DNA of 64,000 nucleotides from Minisyncoccota bacterium (GTDB lineage Bacteria > Patescibacteriota > Minisyncoccia > Phycocordibacterales > CAJBRS01): NCBI GenBank assembly GCA_017881075.1, contig JADGRH010000002.1:21654-85653 (forward strand), in the 5' to 3' direction. Each line of letters opens with the position of its first letter. Position 1 is the stretch's first letter. The notes under the pieces are model-generated. The model had not been told where the DNA came from. It made no database searches and saw only the letters and a list, made by a program, of their open reading frames with translations. Made by a program: the position numbers and the translations under genes. Below, in pieces: positions 1-8,948 of this stretch.

Positions 1-19
1 GATCAAGGTCAAGGTAGGC

Positions 20-553
20 ATGCAGCTCTGCTTCAAGGAAGTGGACCACCGAGACCTCTACAAGGTAGTAGGAGTCTGGGGTCTAAAGAACGACTACGAA
101 GCCGCTTCCAAGAAGGTCGTGCTCTATCGCGCTTTCAAGAAAGGCGCGAAAGGGATCAAGGTCTTCGAGGGATCGCTTCTGCAATTGCAGAAGGCCGGAA
201 TCAAGGAAGAAACCATCTTCTTCCGGGTGCAGGGCGGCAAAGCCGTCCGTTGCAAAGATCCGCGACCAGCGCCTGTCACAAAACCAACTGTCGGCGCTGT
301 GGAGCCGATTGCAGAGAAACCTGCGCCGCCAGCCGAAGTGTTCAAAGTGGTACTCTGCACTCTTGACGGGAGTGGCGAGATCGCAAAGGACGGATTCGCC
401 GGATCGCTCACCCAACTTATGGAGAAGTATCCAAACGGCGAACTCAACCCGAGTGAATTGGTGGAAGTGGAGTTCTCGGTCTGTCATGACTTTCCATCCG
501 CTCCGTTCGTCTCGTGCGGAGATCCGCGACCAAAACAAGCAGTTGTAGCCTAG
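20..553 (+). CDS. hypothetical protein, GC-rich, with internal KDPRPAP/GDPRPK repeat; frame is open to the window edge so it may be 5'-partial
   Basis: 177-aa ORF with no recognisable motif; frame is open back to position 2; terminator follows. Confidence 0.4.
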   Translation: MQLCFKEVDHRDLYKVVGVWGLKNDYEAASKKVVLYRAFKKGAKGIKVFEGSLLQLQKAGIKEETIFFRVQGGKAVRCKDPRPAPVTKPTVGAVEPIAEKPAPPAEVFKVVLCTLDGSGEIAKDGFAGSLTQLMEKYPNGELNPSELVEVEFSVCHDFPSAPFVSCGDPRPKQAVVA

Positions 554-570
554 AAAACAGGCTAAAGAAC

Positions 571-604
571 GCCCCGCCGGCCTAGTTTCGGCGGGGCGTT
601 TTCT
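571..604 (+). terminator. rho-independent terminator (GCCCCGCCG / CGGCGGGGC stem followed by TTTT)
   Basis: 9-bp perfect GC stem, 9-nt loop, T-run; seen directly. Confidence 0.75.
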
Positions 605-705
605 CTTGTCTTTTCCTAGGGGAAAAGTGTGGATAACTCTGTTGTGAAGTGGATGGTGGTGGTATAGAATATTAAGTAAGTGGGAAGAAGTGGTAAAAAG
701 ATATT

Positions 706-1140
706 ATGCTCATCGGCGAATACACACATACAGTAGATGACAAAAGTCGCGTGTCACTGCCGATGAGATTCCGAAAGGAGCTTGGCAGGAAGGTAGTTGT
801 GACGCACGGATTGGATAACTGTCTCTTTCTATATCCATTGAAAGAGTGGCAGAAGATCTCTGAAAAATTAGGAGCGCTTGGAATGGGTCAGGCCGATACG
901 CGGGGATTCAATAGAATCATTCTGGCCGGAGCGGTAGAGATTGATGTCGATTCCATCGGTCGCATTCTCATTCCGGAATTTCTTTCCGAGTTCGCGTCGC
1001 TCGCCAGCAAGGTAGTTTTTGCCGGCGTTCACAATCGCATTGAGATCTGGAACGACAAGAGATGGAAAGAGTACAAAAAGAAAGTCCTTCGCCAGGCAGA
1101 TCAGCTCGCTGAGAAGTTGGGAGAGATAGGAGTAATCTAG
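706..1140 (+). CDS. mraZ: transcriptional regulator MraZ
   Basis: 144 aa; N-terminus MLIGEYTHTVDDKSRVSLPMRFRKEL is typical of MraZ; lies upstream of rsmH. Confidence 0.85.
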   Translation: MLIGEYTHTVDDKSRVSLPMRFRKELGRKVVVTHGLDNCLFLYPLKEWQKISEKLGALGMGQADTRGFNRIILAGAVEIDVDSIGRILIPEFLSEFASLASKVVFAGVHNRIEIWNDKRWKEYKKKVLRQADQLAEKLGEIGVI

Positions 1141-1206
1141 TCGGCTCTCCGATGCTAGCCTTTAGAGAAATCTAGAGACTAGCATCTGGGAGCGGAAGTT
1201 AACAAA

Positions 1207-2106
1207 ATGAATAACGTCCACACCAGTGTTCTTTTAAATGAGGTAATAGACAGATTGGATTTCCAAGACGGTGATGTTTTTCTCGACGCTACTTTAGGTG
1301 GCGGAGGACATAGCGCCGAAGTGGCTAAAAGATTTGGAGAGAAGGTAGAGATCATCGGATTTGATCTCGATCCTGCAGCCCTTATAAGAGCTGAGGAATC
1401 AATTCGACCTTTCAGTCGAAAATTTACTTTTAAGGTCGCAAATTTTCGGCAACTAGACAAAGTGTTTGATGAACTTGGCAAACCGAAAGTAAACAAAATT
1501 TTGTTTGACCTCGGACTTAGCTCCAATGAATTATCTTTAGCCGGTAGAGGGTTCAGCTTTCAGAAAGATGAGCCGCTTCTGATGACTTTTAGTGAACCGA
1601 AAGAAGGAATGCTTACAGCCAGAGAGGTTGTCAATAAATGGCAGGAAGAGAATCTAGCAGATGTCATCTACGGATTTGGCGAAGAAAGATTTTCCAGGAG
1701 AATTGCTAAAGCTATCGTGGAAGAGAGGAGAAAACAGCCGATTGAGAGTATTTTTCAACTAGTCAGGATCATTGAAAGGGCAGTGCCTACGTGGTATAGG
1801 CATCAGAAACTCCACTTCGCCACCAAGACCTTTCAAGCTCTGCGCATCGCCGTTAACGATGAATTAGGGGCACTTCAAGAAGGATTAGCGAAAGGTTTAG
1901 ATTATTTAGACAAAAATGGCCGAATGGCAGTCATCTCCTTTCATAGCTTAGAAGATCGCATAGTCAAACAATTTTTCAATAATAAAAAGAAAGAAGGCAT
2001 AGTCAACATTATTAACAAGAAACCAATTGTGCCGGAAAGAACGGAGGTAAAGCAGAACCCTCGTTCTCGAAGCGCAAAATTAAGGCTTATAGAGAAAATC
2101 AAATGA
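1207..2106 (+). CDS. rsmH: 16S rRNA (cytosine1402-N4)-methyltransferase RsmH
   Basis: HTSVLLNEV...DATLGGGGHS motif; 299 aa; dcw cluster position. Confidence 0.9.
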   Translation: MNNVHTSVLLNEVIDRLDFQDGDVFLDATLGGGGHSAEVAKRFGEKVEIIGFDLDPAALIRAEESIRPFSRKFTFKVANFRQLDKVFDELGKPKVNKILFDLGLSSNELSLAGRGFSFQKDEPLLMTFSEPKEGMLTAREVVNKWQEENLADVIYGFGEERFSRRIAKAIVEERRKQPIESIFQLVRIIERAVPTWYRHQKLHFATKTFQALRIAVNDELGALQEGLAKGLDYLDKNGRMAVISFHSLEDRIVKQFFNNKKKEGIVNIINKKPIVPERTEVKQNPRSRSAKLRLIEKIK

Positions 2107-2423
2107 GAACGCACGCACTGAAATTAAACAAACTAGAGACCCCAATGATATTTTGGGGGCTCCTGTTTGCTCTGATTCTTTTTGCCTTTCTCTACGTATT
2201 CTTGATTAACAAAACAGTCTTAAATGTGGCTGGGCGGCAACGAGCGGAGAAAAGCATTAGCGCTCTCAACTCAGAGACCGGCGAACTTGAGGCGGCCTAT
2301 ATGAGCATGAAAAGCGGCATTGATCTAAATTTGGCCCACTCTCTAGGCTTTAGCGCCACCATTAGTACTAAATATATAAATCGCACAACTCTCGGACAAC
2401 TCTCAAGTCGTTCTGTCGAATAA
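2103..2423 (+). CDS. ftsL: FtsL-like small membrane division protein
   Basis: 106 aa with a single N-terminal TM segment; sits between rsmH and the PBP gene; overlaps the rsmH stop. Confidence 0.45.
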   Translation: MRTHALKLNKLETPMIFWGLLFALILFAFLYVFLINKTVLNVAGRQRAEKSISALNSETGELEAAYMSMKSGIDLNLAHSLGFSATISTKYINRTTLGQLSSRSVE

Positions 2424-2428
2424 AGTAT

Positions 2429-4123
2429 ATGCGTATACGGATCCTCTCAATCGGCATAATTATTTTTGCCCTCTTTCTGGCAAGCAAACTTTATTTAGTA
2501 CAGATTGTTCAAGGAAATGATTTTATCCAAAGAGCCGACAGACAATATGTCCAATCGCCTGATTCAATCTTCAGTCGCGGGGCGATTTATTTTACTGATA
2601 AAGACGGCACTTTAATTTCAGCGGCCACTTTAAAATCCGGTTTTACTCTAACTATTAACCCTCAAGTTCTCTCCAATCCGGAAGAGGCTTACAAGAAAAT
2701 CAGTGCCTTATTGCCGACCCTTGATCAGTCGGCTTTTTTGGTTAAAGCGGCCAAAAAAGCCGACACCTACGAAGAAGTGGCATTAAAGGTTGAATCCGAT
2801 GTTGGCACGGCCATCGATCAGTTGAAAATTCCAGGGGTCAATATTTATAAATCACAATGGCGATTCTATCCTGGCGATACTCTGGCCGCTCACGCTCTCG
2901 GCCTTGTGGCTTATAATCAAGACCAGTTGGCCGGCCGTTACGGTTTGGAGAGGACCTATGAAAATACCCTTTCCAGAACCAACGATGATGTTTATGTTAA
3001 TTTCTTTGCCGAAATATTTTCCAACATTGGCAAGACTATCTCGTCAAGTCAATCTCTGGAAGGAGACATAGTGACCACCATTGAACCGACCGTTCAGGCT
3101 ACTCTTCAAAACGAATTAGATGGTGTTAAGAAACAATATTCCTCGGATAGCGCAGGAGGTATCATCATCAATCCAAAGACCGGCGAAATTTATGCCATGG
3201 CTCTGACTCCGAGCTTCAATCCGAATTCCTTTCAAGATGAAAAAAGCTCGGCTGTTTTCAGTAACGACATAGTAGAAAATGTTCACGAAATGGGTTCCAT
3301 CGTCAAGCCTTTCACCATGGCTATCGGATTAGATACCGGCGTCATTAATGCCACTACCATGTATAACGATGTTGGCTCAATGACTGCAAACGGCAAAACC
3401 ATTCATAACTTCGACTTAAAAGGGCGCGGATATATTTCTCTCCAGGAAGCTCTGGGAAAGTCGCTGAACACCGGCTTTGCTTTTGCTGAAAGTAAGATTG
3501 GAAATAAGGATTTCTCTGATTATATGAAGAAGTTTGGATTGGGGGAGAAAACAGGTATTGATTTGCCGAACGAAACCTCCGGACTGATCAGTAACTTGGA
3601 CAGTCCGCGAGATATTGAGCATTTCACCGCCGCTTTCGGACAAGGAATCGCCATGAGTCCATTAGAGATGGTGCGAGCAGAAAGTGCCTTGGCTAACGGA
3701 GGCAATCTGATCACACCTCATCTGGTAAAACAGATTAATTATAAGTTAGGTCTGTCTAAAACTATTGACCCACCGGCAGGTCCTCGTGTGCTTAAGCCGG
3801 AGACATCGGAAGCCATCACTAAAATGTTGGTGGAAGATTTTGACACATACCTTCAAAATGGCAAAGCCAAGAATCCAAATTACAGCATCGCCGAAAAAAC
3901 CGGCACCGCTCAAATAGCACTGCCCTCCGGCAAGGGTTATTATAATGATCGCTATCTGCACTCTTTCTTTGGATATCTCCCGGCTTATAATCCGCAATTT
4001 TTAGTCTTCATGTATACTGTCTATCCCAAAGGTGTCCAATTTTCATCCGAAACATTAGCACCGGCATTTATTGATTTAACCAAGTTTTTAATTAATTATT
4101 ATCAGATACCGCCAGACCGATGA
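2429..4123 (+). CDS. ftsI: penicillin-binding protein 2 / FtsI-type transpeptidase
   Basis: 564 aa; N-terminal TM; SxxK (SIVKPF) and further transpeptidase motifs; dcw context. Confidence 0.8.
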   Translation: MRIRILSIGIIIFALFLASKLYLVQIVQGNDFIQRADRQYVQSPDSIFSRGAIYFTDKDGTLISAATLKSGFTLTINPQVLSNPEEAYKKISALLPTLDQSAFLVKAAKKADTYEEVALKVESDVGTAIDQLKIPGVNIYKSQWRFYPGDTLAAHALGLVAYNQDQLAGRYGLERTYENTLSRTNDDVYVNFFAEIFSNIGKTISSSQSLEGDIVTTIEPTVQATLQNELDGVKKQYSSDSAGGIIINPKTGEIYAMALTPSFNPNSFQDEKSSAVFSNDIVENVHEMGSIVKPFTMAIGLDTGVINATTMYNDVGSMTANGKTIHNFDLKGRGYISLQEALGKSLNTGFAFAESKIGNKDFSDYMKKFGLGEKTGIDLPNETSGLISNLDSPRDIEHFTAAFGQGIAMSPLEMVRAESALANGGNLITPHLVKQINYKLGLSKTIDPPAGPRVLKPETSEAITKMLVEDFDTYLQNGKAKNPNYSIAEKTGTAQIALPSGKGYYNDRYLHSFFGYLPAYNPQFLVFMYTVYPKGVQFSSETLAPAFIDLTKFLINYYQIPPDR

Positions 4124-5421
4124 AAAATGTATTCAAACAAATTGTAACGACAATAATTTGGTGGCAATCACAGATAATTTTGCGTAAATATCACCCAAAA
4201 ATTGTGGCCATTACCGGAAGCGTAGGCAAGACCTCCACTAAGGATGCCATTTATGCAGTGCTTGGAAGCGCCTATTCTGCCCGTAAAAGCGACAAAAGCT
4301 TCAATAGCCAGCTAGGAGTGCCCCTCACCATCCTCGGCCGTCCCAACGGCTGGAATAGCTTCTGGCTATGGTTCAAGAACATTTTATGGGGCTTCAAGCT
4401 TATCTTTACTCGATCTAAATATCCCGAGTGGCTAATCCTAGAAATCGGAGTAGATAGACCCCGAGGCCTCTCCAAGTTGACAAAATGGCTTCGGCCGGAC
4501 ATTGTCGTCATCACTCGATTCGGTAAAGTACCGGCGCACGTAGAATTCTTTGATTCAAGAGAAGGAGTGGTGGCCGAGAAGGGAAGTTTGGTGAAGGCTC
4601 TCAAACCCGGAGGACTTTTAATATTAAATGGTGATGATGAAGACGCTATGTCTTACAGAGATCGGTCAAAAGAAAAAACTTTGACTTACGGAGTGGAATC
4701 ACTATCAACTTTACGTGGGGGGAATTATTACATCACTTACAAAGAAATAAATGGATTCAGTTTCCCCGAAGGTTTTAATTTCAAAGCCGATTACGATGGC
4801 AGTAGTGTGCCGGTATCAATTAGCGGTGTTATTGGGGATCATCATATGTACCCGATCCTAGCTGGTCTATTGGTGGGCATCTCTCAAAATCTTCCGCTTT
4901 TAAGTATTACTGATGTTTTCAAAAATCATCTACCACCGCCAGGCCGGATGAGTCTGGTGCCCGGCGAGAAAAACACCATGATTATTGACGACAGTTATAA
5001 TGCCTCGCCGGTGGCATTGGAGGAAGCTCTGAAGAGTTTTGAAGATGTGAAAGGGAAAGGCCGGAAAATTACTATGCTCGGCGATATGCTGGAGATCGGT
5101 CGCTACTCGGCTGATGAGCACAAAAAACTGGGAGAAAAAGCGGCCGCTATTTCTGATATTTTGATAACTGTCGGTATTCGAGCGAAATATATTGCCGAAG
5201 GAGCTCTCTCTGGCGGCATGAGCGAGAAAGTTATTTATCAATACGAAGATTCGCGGGAAGCGGGTAAATTTTTAGAAAATCTACTAAAACCTGGCGACCT
5301 GATTCTAGTAAAAGGCTCGCAAGGAGTGCGAATGGAAAAAGCGGTGGAAGAGATCATGGCCGAGCCGGAGAAGAAGAAAATCCTACTGGTGCGCCAAGAC
5401 GAGGAGTGGGCGAGGAGATAG
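4120..5421 (+). CDS. murF: Mur ligase family protein, probably UDP-MurNAc-tripeptide--D-Ala-D-Ala ligase (MurF)
   Basis: AITGSVGKTSTKD P-loop typical of Mur ligases; 433 aa; follows ftsI with a 4-nt overlap. Confidence 0.6.
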   Translation: MKNVFKQIVTTIIWWQSQIILRKYHPKIVAITGSVGKTSTKDAIYAVLGSAYSARKSDKSFNSQLGVPLTILGRPNGWNSFWLWFKNILWGFKLIFTRSKYPEWLILEIGVDRPRGLSKLTKWLRPDIVVITRFGKVPAHVEFFDSREGVVAEKGSLVKALKPGGLLILNGDDEDAMSYRDRSKEKTLTYGVESLSTLRGGNYYITYKEINGFSFPEGFNFKADYDGSSVPVSISGVIGDHHMYPILAGLLVGISQNLPLLSITDVFKNHLPPPGRMSLVPGEKNTMIIDDSYNASPVALEEALKSFEDVKGKGRKITMLGDMLEIGRYSADEHKKLGEKAAAISDILITVGIRAKYIAEGALSGGMSEKVIYQYEDSREAGKFLENLLKPGDLILVKGSQGVRMEKAVEEIMAEPEKKKILLVRQDEEWARR

Positions 5422-5481
5422 AAGAAATAAAAACGGCTCCCATTCCGATAAAGGGGAAGGGGAGCCGCAAACCGCTTTGAA

Positions 5482-6234
5482 CTAAGCAAACATTGCAAAC
5501 GCTTTGGTCAGAGCGGTAGTGACTGCGACAGAATTAAGATCACCATCCACGGTGCTAACTAATCCCTCCATGTCGATGTTCAAGTGCGGGTATTTCGCCG
5601 CAAAGGGCTCAACTGTACGCATCGAATCTGGCCCTATGCCACCGGCGAGACCGACATCCCATCCCGCATTCACTAAAGTGGGAATGAATTCCCAGGCCTT
5701 GACCGGATCAAACGCCTCGCCTTCTCCACCGCTCGGATCATAAAGCACTGCGTCAATGGAATGGCGGTAGAAGTAGAGCCTCTTCAGTGCTTCTCTTGCA
5801 CTGTCACCGACCTTCTCAATCGCTCTTTTGCTGAGTTGAAGCACCAACCCAGACTCGTATCTCGTAGCAAGACGGTAATCGTCAATATGACGAACATCCG
5901 GCCACGCCATGTTCAACTGGAAGCCGTGCAAATTGCGTCCGGCCAACTGATGGATTGTAACCATGTCGCCGACAAGAGAACCCGGGTGTCCTCGTCCGGT
6001 ATAATGGACAAGGTTGAGAACCCGTTCGTCCGAAAGACACAGTTTCTCAATGTGCTCGGGTGAAGGGTATCTTTTTGCCCACTTCGGATTTTTCATTGGA
6101 ATTCGGCGCAATGATTGTGCCGAAACCAAGATACCGACCATCAGCTTACATCGATGACCATGTGGTACTGACTGAAGCGCAGACAGAATTTGTTCCGGCT
6201 TGGTAAAGCCAGTCACACCAATATATTGATTCAT
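5482..6234 (-). CDS. phosphoribosylanthranilate isomerase-like (TrpF family) TIM-barrel protein
   Basis: N-terminus IGVTGFT and C-terminal D-x-SGGEGEAFD...GLAGGI pattern match PRAI signatures; higher GC than neighbours; start taken at MNQY (the ORF track opens 13 codons earlier). Confidence 0.5.
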   Translation of the reverse strand: MNQYIGVTGFTKPEQILSALQSVPHGHRCKLMVGILVSAQSLRRIPMKNPKWAKRYPSPEHIEKLCLSDERVLNLVHYTGRGHPGSLVGDMVTIHQLAGRNLHGFQLNMAWPDVRHIDDYRLATRYESGLVLQLSKRAIEKVGDSAREALKRLYFYRHSIDAVLYDPSGGEGEAFDPVKAWEFIPTLVNAGWDVGLAGGIGPDSMRTVEPFAAKYPHLNIDMEGLVSTVDGDLNSVAVTTALTKAFAMFA

Positions 6235-6283
6235 TCTGAAATTGAATCTAGCAACTTTGAAAGAGAAAAGCAAGAAAATTTTA

Positions 6284-6355
6284 TGACCCTACAGAGAATC
6301 GAACTCTGGTTCCAGCCTTGAGAAGGCTGTGTCCTAGCCGCTAGACGATAGGGCC
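6284..6355 (-). tRNA. tRNA-Glu (anticodon CUC)
   Basis: reverse complement folds as a cloverleaf: GGCCCTA acceptor, GTCTAGCGGCTAGGAC D-arm, CAGCC-TTCTCAA-GGCTG anticodon arm, CAGAG-TTCGATT-CTCTG T-arm; close to the E. coli tRNA-Glu layout. Confidence 0.85.
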
Positions 6356-6442
6356 GTCTTTGATTGACTAATAAAAGATAGCATAGTAATTTGAATCTAG
6401 AAATAGAAAACACCGTTAGTAGGAAAGGACAATACAACAAAC

Positions 6443-7168
6443 ATGATGAACGTTTTAAAGTTAGGCAGAATCATTCTAGCAGCAGATGAGCTAGGTCTTG
6501 CTCAATGCTTGAACCTGGTGTCCAAAATTGGAGCACGTATTTATGCCGTCAAGATTCATAATCTCTTCGACCTACACGGTCCGAAGGTAATCAAACAACT
6601 GCGCGACGCAGGTGCTCGTCGTATCTGGGTCGATGCCAAGTTGCACGACATTCCAAATACGGTCAAGTTGCGAGCTGCTGCCATCGCCAAATCAGAAGCA
6701 GACATTCTCACAGTCCACGCCTCTGGTGGGGTGGATATGATGAGAGCAGCCAAAGAAGGAGCACCCAATATGAAAATCTACGCCATCACAGTTCTGACTT
6801 CTCTGGATGATGAGCAGGTCAAGAACATTTACGGTAAAACTTCTGCCTTGGAGCAAGTATTGTACTTAGCTTCAATGGCTGGAACTGCTGGGTTGAATGG
6901 TTTAGTCTGTTCGTCCAGGGAAGTCGGTACTCTCGGGCCAATATTTGAACACATGGATCGTGTCGTGCCCGGAGTCCGTTCGGCAGGCAAGGATGCAGGC
7001 GATCAGAAACGCATTGACACTCCCGCCGCGGCCATCAAGGCTGGGGCGACGCATCTGGTCGTCGGTCGGCAAATCACCCAAGCAGTGAATCCTTTGGCAG
7101 CCTTGAATGAAATCGAAATGGAAGTGGCGGTGGCTGAAAGCGAAATGGAAGGAGGGAAGTCAGAATGA
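6443..7168 (+). CDS. pyrF: orotidine 5'-phosphate decarboxylase
   Basis: DAKLHDIPNT signature (D-x-K-x-x-D-I-P-N-T); 241 aa. Confidence 0.8.
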   Translation: MMNVLKLGRIILAADELGLAQCLNLVSKIGARIYAVKIHNLFDLHGPKVIKQLRDAGARRIWVDAKLHDIPNTVKLRAAAIAKSEADILTVHASGGVDMMRAAKEGAPNMKIYAITVLTSLDDEQVKNIYGKTSALEQVLYLASMAGTAGLNGLVCSSREVGTLGPIFEHMDRVVPGVRSAGKDAGDQKRIDTPAAAIKAGATHLVVGRQITQAVNPLAALNEIEMEVAVAESEMEGGKSE

Positions 7169-7884
7169 AGAGACAATTACTTCCGGACGAAGTTTGCTCC
7201 ATGAATCTCGACGAAATCAGAACTCTCCGAGCAGAGGACTTTGGTAGAGAATTAACTTTACGAGAGTTTAATCATGTCTTGGGGGAATGTGATGCTATGT
7301 GGTTGCACTCAGGCAATCGGCGAGATCCACACGCTGTAACGACTAAAGGTCAGTGCACCGACGGCTTCATTGACACACTCCGAGCTTTAAAGTTCACGAA
7401 CGTTTGTCAGATTATGGCAAAACAGATTGTCTCCCGCATTCCATCCACTTACAATGGTGGAATTGACTGGGTAATCGGTTCAGATCACGCAGGAGCCACT
7501 CTGTCTTATGCCGTTGCCTCACTTCTCGGCGCTCAGCACGATTTCACCGAAAAGGGTCCAGATAAAACTCAGATCTGGAAACGCTTCGAGATCAAACCGA
7601 ATGAGATGGTGCTACAAGTCGAAGAGTTGATCACCACAAGGAGTACACTGGAGGCCGTGCGGGCAGGAGTTCGGGCGGGGAATTCCACCCCCGTCAGATT
7701 TGTGCCTTTTAGCATAGCATTGGTACATCGTTCGGATCACTATGAAATGGAAGGTGAACCAATTCACTTTGCTTATCACTATAACATTCAAACCTGGCCG
7801 CCAGCAGAATGTCCATGGTGTGCACAAGGTTCTGAACGCCTTCTTCCCAAAAAGAATTGGGCGAAACTGACCAGCAAGGTCTAA
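7165..7884 (+). CDS. type I phosphoribosyltransferase, orotate phosphoribosyltransferase-like
   Basis: PRPP-binding motif VLQVEELITTRST; overlaps the pyrF stop (operon arrangement). Confidence 0.5.
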   Translation: MKRQLLPDEVCSMNLDEIRTLRAEDFGRELTLREFNHVLGECDAMWLHSGNRRDPHAVTTKGQCTDGFIDTLRALKFTNVCQIMAKQIVSRIPSTYNGGIDWVIGSDHAGATLSYAVASLLGAQHDFTEKGPDKTQIWKRFEIKPNEMVLQVEELITTRSTLEAVRAGVRAGNSTPVRFVPFSIALVHRSDHYEMEGEPIHFAYHYNIQTWPPAECPWCAQGSERLLPKKNWAKLTSKV

Positions 7885-7989
7885 AGACGACCTCGGGCTT
7901 CATGTGAAATATTCGTGAAGCTCTTTTTATTTTCACATCTAAAATTTTCCCGCGGAAAACAATGTCTTTTGTCTTAAAAAATTAAAAAA

Positions 7990-8006
7990 CCGAAGCGGGC
8001 GGAAAG
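7990..8006 (-). terminator. intrinsic terminator for the minus-strand gene ending at 8016
   Basis: CCGAAGCG...CGCTTCGG 8-bp stem; T-run on the minus strand (AAAAAA on plus). Confidence 0.6.
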
Positions 8007-8015
8007 ACGCTTCGG

Positions 8016-8270
8016 TTAGTATTGATCCGATTCAATCGCTTTTTTGGGAAATTTCTCTTTTTTTCTCTTTCTGACCTCTGGTTCCATTCGTAGGAGAAGG
8101 TCCATGTAAATCGAGGAATCTTTTTGTTTTGAGGTTCCAAATTCCGCCAGAGCGGCCTCTAAGGCAGGGCCATTTTCAAGGCCTCTCCTCTTTAGTCTCA
8201 AGGCCGCTTCAAAAACTTTGTCAGGATCAAATCCCAAATTCATTGTTTGTTGTTCGGGTGAGGTGTCCAT
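8016..8270 (-). CDS. hypothetical small protein
   Basis: 84-aa ORF, lysine-rich C-terminus, terminator downstream. Confidence 0.4.
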   Translation of the reverse strand: MDTSPEQQTMNLGFDPDKVFEAALRLKRRGLENGPALEAALAEFGTSKQKDSSIYMDLLLRMEPEVRKRKKEKFPKKAIESDQY

Positions 8271-8316
8271 ATTTTTCCAATTGATATTTTAAATAAAATT
8301 AGCTTTTTAGCAATCT

Positions 8317-8769
8317 TCAATTAAATAATTTTTCCACCACCTCTTTTACATCTGCACCATCTGCCTTTCCTTTCAATTCTTTCATCACCGCCCCCATCAG
8401 TACCCCCATCTTGGATTTATCCGCGTTCATTTCCGCCTTTTTGGCTTCGGCGATCTTTTTGATCTCATCTTTACCCATCATCTGTGGTAAGTAGGCTTCA
8501 AGCACTTTCATCTCCGCTTCTTCGGCGGCCGCCAATTCCTCGCGGCCGCCTTTCCGAAACTGCTCAATTGAATCTTTTCTTTGTTTTACTTGTCTGCGAA
8601 TGACGTTCAGCACTTCCTCATCTGACAATTCCGCATCAGGCTTTCTCTTTGTTGCCACCAATTCATTAGTAATCGCCGCTGAAATTCCTCGTAGGGTGTT
8701 CAGCCGCATCGTCTCCTTAGCTAGCATGGCTTCTTTTATTTGATCTTTGATTTGTTGTTGAAGTTTCAT
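8317..8769 (-). CDS. GatB/YqeY domain protein
   Basis: 150 aa; the whole sequence has the charged/helical pattern of YqeY (..LRGISAAITNELVATKRK..). Confidence 0.75.
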   Translation of the reverse strand: MKLQQQIKDQIKEAMLAKETMRLNTLRGISAAITNELVATKRKPDAELSDEEVLNVIRRQVKQRKDSIEQFRKGGREELAAAEEAEMKVLEAYLPQMMGKDEIKKIAEAKKAEMNADKSKMGVLMGAVMKELKGKADGADVKEVVEKLFN

Positions 8770-8785
8770 AATAATTTCGAATAGT

Positions 8786-8924
8786 CTGGTGTGGCCCGTA
8801 TCGCTCCTGCCCGACTTTCCTCCTCTGCTGACTCGGAAGAGTCGTTCACGAGCTCTCCGGGAACAACCTGGACGATTGGGTATTTCACAGCAGACCTATG
8901 GTGGTGCTGCTAATCCAGGTTCTA
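8786..8924 (+). repeat. 139-bp structured element, copy 1; 137/139 identical to copy 2 at 13072-13210
   Basis: direct repeat seen in the sequence; contains a GACTC-GGAA-GAGTC hairpin; intergenic. Confidence 0.9.
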
Positions 8925-8948
8925 ATTATAGCATGTTATAATAAGCCT

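Noticed and set aside
83-538. Antisense and nested ORFs in the track (e.g. 83-538, 124-447, 3416-3714, 4272-4604, 12097-12513, 22051-22548, 44248-44577, 46398-46937)
   Set aside because: They lie entirely inside well-supported genes on the opposite strand or in another frame and have no motifs. Treated as shadow ORFs.
8786-8924. SRP (4.5S) RNA identity for the 139-bp element
   Set aside because: A GGAA-capped hairpin and an AGCAG-like stretch exist on opposite strands, but the domain IV symmetric and asymmetric loop arrangement does not fit either strand. Duplication also argues against a single-copy essential RNA.
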